A DNA stretch of 20,000 nucleotides from an uncultured virus (IMG/VR IMGVR_UViG_3300011977_000424) (Duplodnaviria > Heunggongvirae > Uroviricota > Caudoviricetes). This document shows positions 9,401-15,400 of the stretch, one piece after another. The stretch lies in IMG/VR virus record IMGVR_UViG_3300011977_000424; one strand, given 5' to 3'. The translations under genes and the position numbers were made by a program. Within the stretch, counting starts at the first letter, position 1; each line of letters starts with the position of its first letter. Under the pieces are notes generated by a model that saw nothing but the letters and a program-made list of their open reading frames with translations, was not told the origin of the DNA and did no database searches.

Positions 9401-12400
9401 TAAGCATCATCGGTGATGATCTTATTATTGGTCTTGCGCTTTTTGCTGCCTCCGGCCTTGGATTGCTCCTGCTTCTTCTCGGCGTCTTTCTTGGCCTTCT
9501 GTTGCTTTTGCTTTTCCTGATTGGCTTGCTCTGCCTGCTTCTGCTCTTCTGGGCGCACATGGTCCATATAGTCTTGAAGGGCATCACGCTCACCCATAGC
9601 TTTCAAGAGTGTGGAGAATAAATCTACACTCTTGTTGCCTCGGAATGGTCCGGTCTGCTCGCCTTTCTCCACTCGTGGGGTAAGCTCGTCAATAGCTTGG
9701 TCGCGGTCACGGATAGCGGCATTGATGAGGCCGGGCTTCATCAGCTTGCCTTGCTTCTTTAAGTTCGCGGCCATAATGTTATATGCCTGTTTGGTGATAG
9801 CATCGGTGGTACCGGCAATATCAGCCTCAGCAACATTCATGGATGTTACAGGGAGATACTTCGGACCTGAGACGACATTATAAGTGCCGTCCTCGTTCAC
9901 GCTATCTATCTTAGCCATCTGGCCGCGATACATAACAAGTTCACCCTTTTTATACTTGCTCTCAGGCTTCTCTTCTGGTGCTGACTTAGGCTTGGGAATA
10001 CCACCTATAACAAGGTGCTGCTGCACGTAGGCTTTATCCTTTGCAAGCTTGTAATCGGCAAAGGGCTTGGTCTTGCGGTGGCTGCTCTCTACCCAGGCCT
10101 TGAAGTCGTCCTTGCTCACCTCGGTAACGGTGCCTACCTTCCATCCCTTTTCATACTGTGACTTGTAAGCTTCAATGGCGGCTTCCTTGGATGGGAAACC
10201 GTACATTACCTTGTGCTCATCAAAACTGCCGTCGCTCTGGTTCACCTGGTCTACAACATACACATTTCCGGTCGTAGGATCGTCACTGAGATAGACGTCG
10301 ATATGGTCGCCGTCTACACCTTCGGTGCCTTTGATGTAACCATAGTCATAGTTCATCTTTACGCTCCATTCCTTGCCGTCCTTGCCATGGCCGGTGCGCG
10401 TGGATCCATTCGGATTTTCAATAGTAATGTCGTAACCGTCAATCTTCACATGGCCCTTCTTATAGTTGCCGGCTTCCTTTTGCGCGTCGGTCGGGTGGGT
10501 GTCCACCTCCTTGCGCGCTGCTGCAATATCGCCACTGCTGGCACTCTTTTCACGAGTGTCATTGCCAGGTGCATTTTTCTGCTCATTTCTTTGCATGGTA
10601 GCGGAATTTTCACTACCTTTGCCTTCAGAAGAAGCGTTATTCTCTTGCGTAGGAAGGAGGTCCGGCACATCATTTTGATGTTCAGCTAAGCGCCTGTCAG
10701 AGCTGTTGGAGAGTAACGCTTGCTTTGTGTATTTACGTCTGTACTCCGTAAGCTTCTGCTTGATCTTGTTCTCGTTATTATAGTGGCTGCTTACTGAAAC
10801 TTCAAGGCCTTCTTGTGATACTGTAACTGATGTAAAATACTTGGTGGTGGTGCCGTCAGACTTCTTGAACGTCTTTACGAATACATAGGAATAGGGGCGC
10901 TCGGTTATCGTGCCTTCCTTAGCTTCGCTTGGCTCTATGAAAATAACATCTGGGTCGGTAAGCGTAAGAGAAACCATACCAAACTCCTTTGTCCTTTTCT
11001 TATCCACAAGCTTATTGTACTGATGTTCTCCCATCTTCACCTTACCGATAGGTGTGCCTATCTGGTTGTTAAAGCCAAATGTAGACATCCAATTTTCAGG
11101 TGTAAGGCTTATCTCAGGGTCTACTACGGCGCCCTGCGACATGGCCTTAATTATTGAGTCTGCTTTATCTACAGAGAGGGGGGCTTCACTCTCCGGCTCC
11201 ATCACGGCAATATCATCGCCGCTGGTGCCTACTTCTCCTGATTTTGCTTCTGACTGTACAGGTACGCCTCCGTTAGCATGGCCATTGCCAGTTGGTACTG
11301 GCGCTTGCGCTGGCTTACGTTCCGGTTCTGCAGTATGCGTACCTTCAACGCCGGGCTGAGAAGGTTCTTTTCTTGGCACAGGCGTTTCGCCTTGGCCATT
11401 TCCTGTTTTAGCTGCTGGTCGTTGAGGCTCTTGATCCATTCGCCTGCTGCCTGCAACTGTGGGTTGTTGCTGATTTTCTCCATTTTCTATTTCGTTTAAC
11501 AGTTCTGCCTGTTCGGGCAACATCTGGTTAATAGCTTCCTCATAGGCTTGACGCTCTTCCTCACGTTTGGCAATATCATCGGCAATAAGTCCGTCGATGT
11601 AAGCTTCTACTTCAGGACTGGGTTCATCGGCGCTCATGGCATCAAGATAGTCTTGATACTCCTGGATCTTCGCCTGACGCTCGGCTGCTTCCTCCTCCAT
11701 GTATTGTCTCTCCTGCTCTTCCTGAGCACGAAGGAACTCTTCGGCATCGGCAATGCGGTTGCGGACTATCATGTACGTGATATCCGATGGTTTGCGTGCT
11801 GAGCTGAGCAAGTCAAGCAAGGCGTTGCGGATCTCCTGGGTGCCTACGTTCTCAAAGCCAGGAGTGCTAAGGGCGGATTCCCACATTTCGTGAACAATGG
11901 CATCTACACTCTTCCCATGTCCCTTGGGCGCAAGGAAATAGTTAATAGTGTTGCTGTCATATCCATGGCCAATGCCACGACGGGTGCCAAGCTCTTGCTG
12001 TAAACCGGTGTACTTAACGCCTCCTCGCTCTATGCCTTCCCAGTTGATGGTATGGGGGCCAAGGTGGCTTGCCACAAATTCTTCAAGGGTCTGTGGCTCT
12101 TCTGCGTCAAGCAAGAATCCGGCCTCGGTACCGTCGTACACCTCGTGGGCCTTCTTCCAAAGGTCTTGCACGTTCTTTGCACCGGAAAGGGCGGCTGCTC
12201 GCTGCTCTTCGGGTGGTAGCTTCTTAATCTCTTCGGCGTTGCGCTGGGCATAGATGTTGGTAAGGGCGCCTAATGTGTCCTTCAACTGTTTCTGTGTCTG
12301 GAGAAGTGTTTTCTCCTGCTGCTCCAGTGCGGCCATTCTGTTGGCGGCCTCTTGGATCTCTACGTCGCTGAGCTCGGCGGCTCCATCCTCGTAGTCACCG

Positions 12401-15400
12401 ATAAGGCGGCGCACGTCGGCCATTTCGCTGCCTACTCCGTTACTCCACTGCTTTTGCAGCTCCATGCGCTTATCGGTAATGAAACGCTCAGCGTCACCTT
12501 GGGTGGGGAAGTTAGCGAGTAAGCTCTCGCCACTCAACTCTTTTGGCTTCTCAGGTGCCAACACTTGCGGATTGGCCTTGGCTACCTCTGCGCGTGCATG
12601 CTCAACGGCCTTGCCTACTTTGTTGGCTCGCTCCTGGGCAAACTGCGCACGCTGCTCACCGGTCATAACGCCTTTGCGGATCTCTCCCCACTTGCGCTGC
12701 CGTTGCAGATTGTCGGAAAGCTCTTCTTGCAATCGCTTGATGAGTGCGTCTTTCTGCGCTTTCTGCTCTGGAGTGTACATATCGCCGTTGGTCTCCATCC
12801 ATTGGGTGTGGCGGTCCAGGTCGAAACGGATGCGGCGCTCATGCTCCTTCAACTGGTCCTTCTCGGCCTGTATATTCTTCAGCACTCCGTCGGTCTTGCC
12901 GTCGGGGGCGGTCGTTCTCAGATACTCGGCGGCTGCGCTTGCGTCGGTTCCCTTAGCTGAATAGTCGGGGTGGCCTTCATTGTAGCCAACAATACCGGTA
13001 GTGAAACGATCCTTCTGCTCATTGGCCTTGTTCTGCTGGGCTTCCTGCTGGAGCTGGGCTTCTATCTTGGCATAGTCGGCCTCAGCTACATAACCGGAGG
13101 CTTCCAGTGGGCTCAGGGCAAAACGGCTGCCGTCCTCTCCCTCGAAGATAGTGTTGCCGTTTGGATCCTGGCCGGCTACCTTCACATGAAGGTCTTTGCC
13201 GGCCACTCTCAGGTCGGTTTCCATACCTGGCATTAGTCCTACGCTGGCTCTCAGGTTCCTATACTGATCGTCCAACTGCATGGTGAAGGTGTCCACATCG
13301 GCTTTCAATGCGTCGTTCAACGGCACGGCCTCACCAAGCTGCTTGATACGTCTCACTGGTACCTGTTGTGTCTGGCCGTCCTCATCAACAACAATAATAC
13401 CTCCGTACTGGTTGGTGACGTCACCACTCTTCACGTAGGCTTCGGTACCGTCGTCAAGCAATACGGGAATAATAGTGCCCTGGTCGCTGACTACGGTCTG
13501 CAATTGCTCTCGCCGTTCCTGCTCATAGTCGGCGGTCTGCTGATAGATGCTGTCATCCTGTCCTGCCTGTGCTTCCTGCACATCAAGATAAGCCTCAACG
13601 GCTTCTCTTTGGTAGGGCGTGAGGTTCTGACCGTCCAGGAACTGTTGCACGGCATCATCGTCACCGGCCTCAACAAGTGCGTTAAGGTCGTGAACAAACT
13701 TCGCGTTCTTTGGCTCTGACATTGGGAAAAGCATGTCCATACGGTGACGGGCAAGTCTATTCTCATATTCCAGTTGTGGCAATACGCTCCTGTCCTCGGC
13801 GGCTGATGCTCCGTGGTTATAGGCTGCCTCTCTACGCTGCTGGGTAGGTGTCAATGGTGCTTCGCCTTCTCCGGCGCCTGTGCCTCCCTGTGGTGCTTCT
13901 GGGCCTTGTCCTGCCGGCTGTTGTCCTGCTGGTCCTACTGGCTTTTCAGGAGAAACACCACCGTCCCCACCGGTGCCTCCGCTATCGACTGGGGGCAATC
14001 CGCGTGGGGCGTCGGGTGGTGTCGGGACGTTGGGAGATTCGTCTATATCTTGTGGCGCCTGGTCGGCTGGCTGTTCAGGTTCCTGTGACTGTTGTGCTCC
14101 TGGGCCTGCCTGCTGGCGCTCTTCTGTTGCATGGTCGTAAATGGTTGGTGGCGCGTTCTGAATGTCGGCGCGCAATGCTTCCTGATAAGCCTTAACAATA
14201 CGTTGTTCTGCTGGCGTGCGGAAATGCCCGTCGCCGGCATCTACTACTTGCTCTCCTTCCTGCAAAAGCGATGTGGCCTCACGCTTTGTGTGGCCCTTCA
14301 TAGCTGCTTGAAGTGCACCTTTGCTCAGGCCCATGGATGCTTCAAAGTTCTCTGCATACATTGTGGCTGCCTCGGTGCCTTGCTGGAGATCATTGTAAAC
14401 CTGGCGGTAGGAGTTGAAAAGATTAGCCTCATCTTCGGTGAGCTCTTCACCTCGGTTGCGGCGCTCGGCTACGTCTGAGAACTTCTTGGCGTTCTGGAAC
14501 AGATAGACGGCTTTCTTCTCTTCATCGGTGAGCTCTTCACCTCGCTGTTGCTTGGAAACAACTTGCTCGTACTGTCGGCGAAGGTCGTTCTGGAGATAGA
14601 TATTGTTATACATCCCCTCCAGGGCTCCGGTAGTGTTCACCTCTTTCTGCCAACGTAGTCTGTCGTTGTCTTTGTCTGCATCTGCGGCGCTATCGTAGTG
14701 GCGGCGGTCTATAACTCCTCCATCTTGGTTGTATGTTGTCAGGGTGGCTCCGTCGCCGTATTCGTCGGGTGTAACCTCGCTGTTGATAACAGGTGAGAAG
14801 GCATCTGGGCGCTTGCCCTCGATAACATTCATCATCTTGGCCTTGGTAGTCTCTGGAACATCTGGATCACGAAGTAACTGCATATACTCGGGGGTGTGCT
14901 GGCGCATAACCTCGTAGTCTGCATCTGCCTTGCTCCTTACTCCTGGCTGCTCTGCCTCTTGTGGGCCTCGGCTGTCCTGGCCCATCTTCAAGAAGGCATC
15001 GTAAAGACCTGCATATCCCTTTTCATTCAACACATGAAGGTCGTCGTCGTTGAATTGAAACTTTCGGTTGAACTCTTGCTGATTACGGAAGTTGAGATAC
15101 TTGGTAGCCTTGTGGGGCAAGCCTAACAGGTTCAAAGAAACATAGCTCTCTAAGAAACTTTCTGCGGCATCCTTGCCGGTGGGTGTGAAGGAAGGATCGG
15201 AGGCCATACGCTCCAGGAGTGAAGATGTGCCCATAATACCGGCGTCGGCGGCTGTGCCTAATTGACCTCCAAGCACATTAGCCCACACACCTTTGCCTCT
15301 GGTAAGGAACTGGCCCACGGTGTTTCCCTGCATGAGTGCACCCATGGCGGCGTTTTTAGCGGTGTTCACAACGGTATGGCCTACTATCTTGCCTACTGAT

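Noticed and set aside
10446..10673. 75-aa +1-frame minus ORF
   Set aside because: Overlaps the conserved InPase start and the antisense promoter/RNA; R/K/P-rich off-frame composition; less gene-like than the accepted nested ORFs.
10627..10725. Calling the antisense structure a true tRNA
   Set aside because: No 7-bp acceptor stem with CCA, no canonical D or T loop, no 7-nt anticodon loop.
14043..14240. Other minus-strand alternative-frame ORFs (14043-14240, 13491-13766, 12030-12251, 9390-9593, 1098-1433, 17393-17872, 18521-18883)
   Set aside because: Typical R/S/T/P-rich off-frame translations without amphipathic pattern or supporting promoter.
14435..14544. Possible mini-CRISPR array (palindromic 20-nt repeat)
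   Set aside because: Only two copies, a 70-nt spacer, an in-frame protein repeat explains it, and there are no cas genes.
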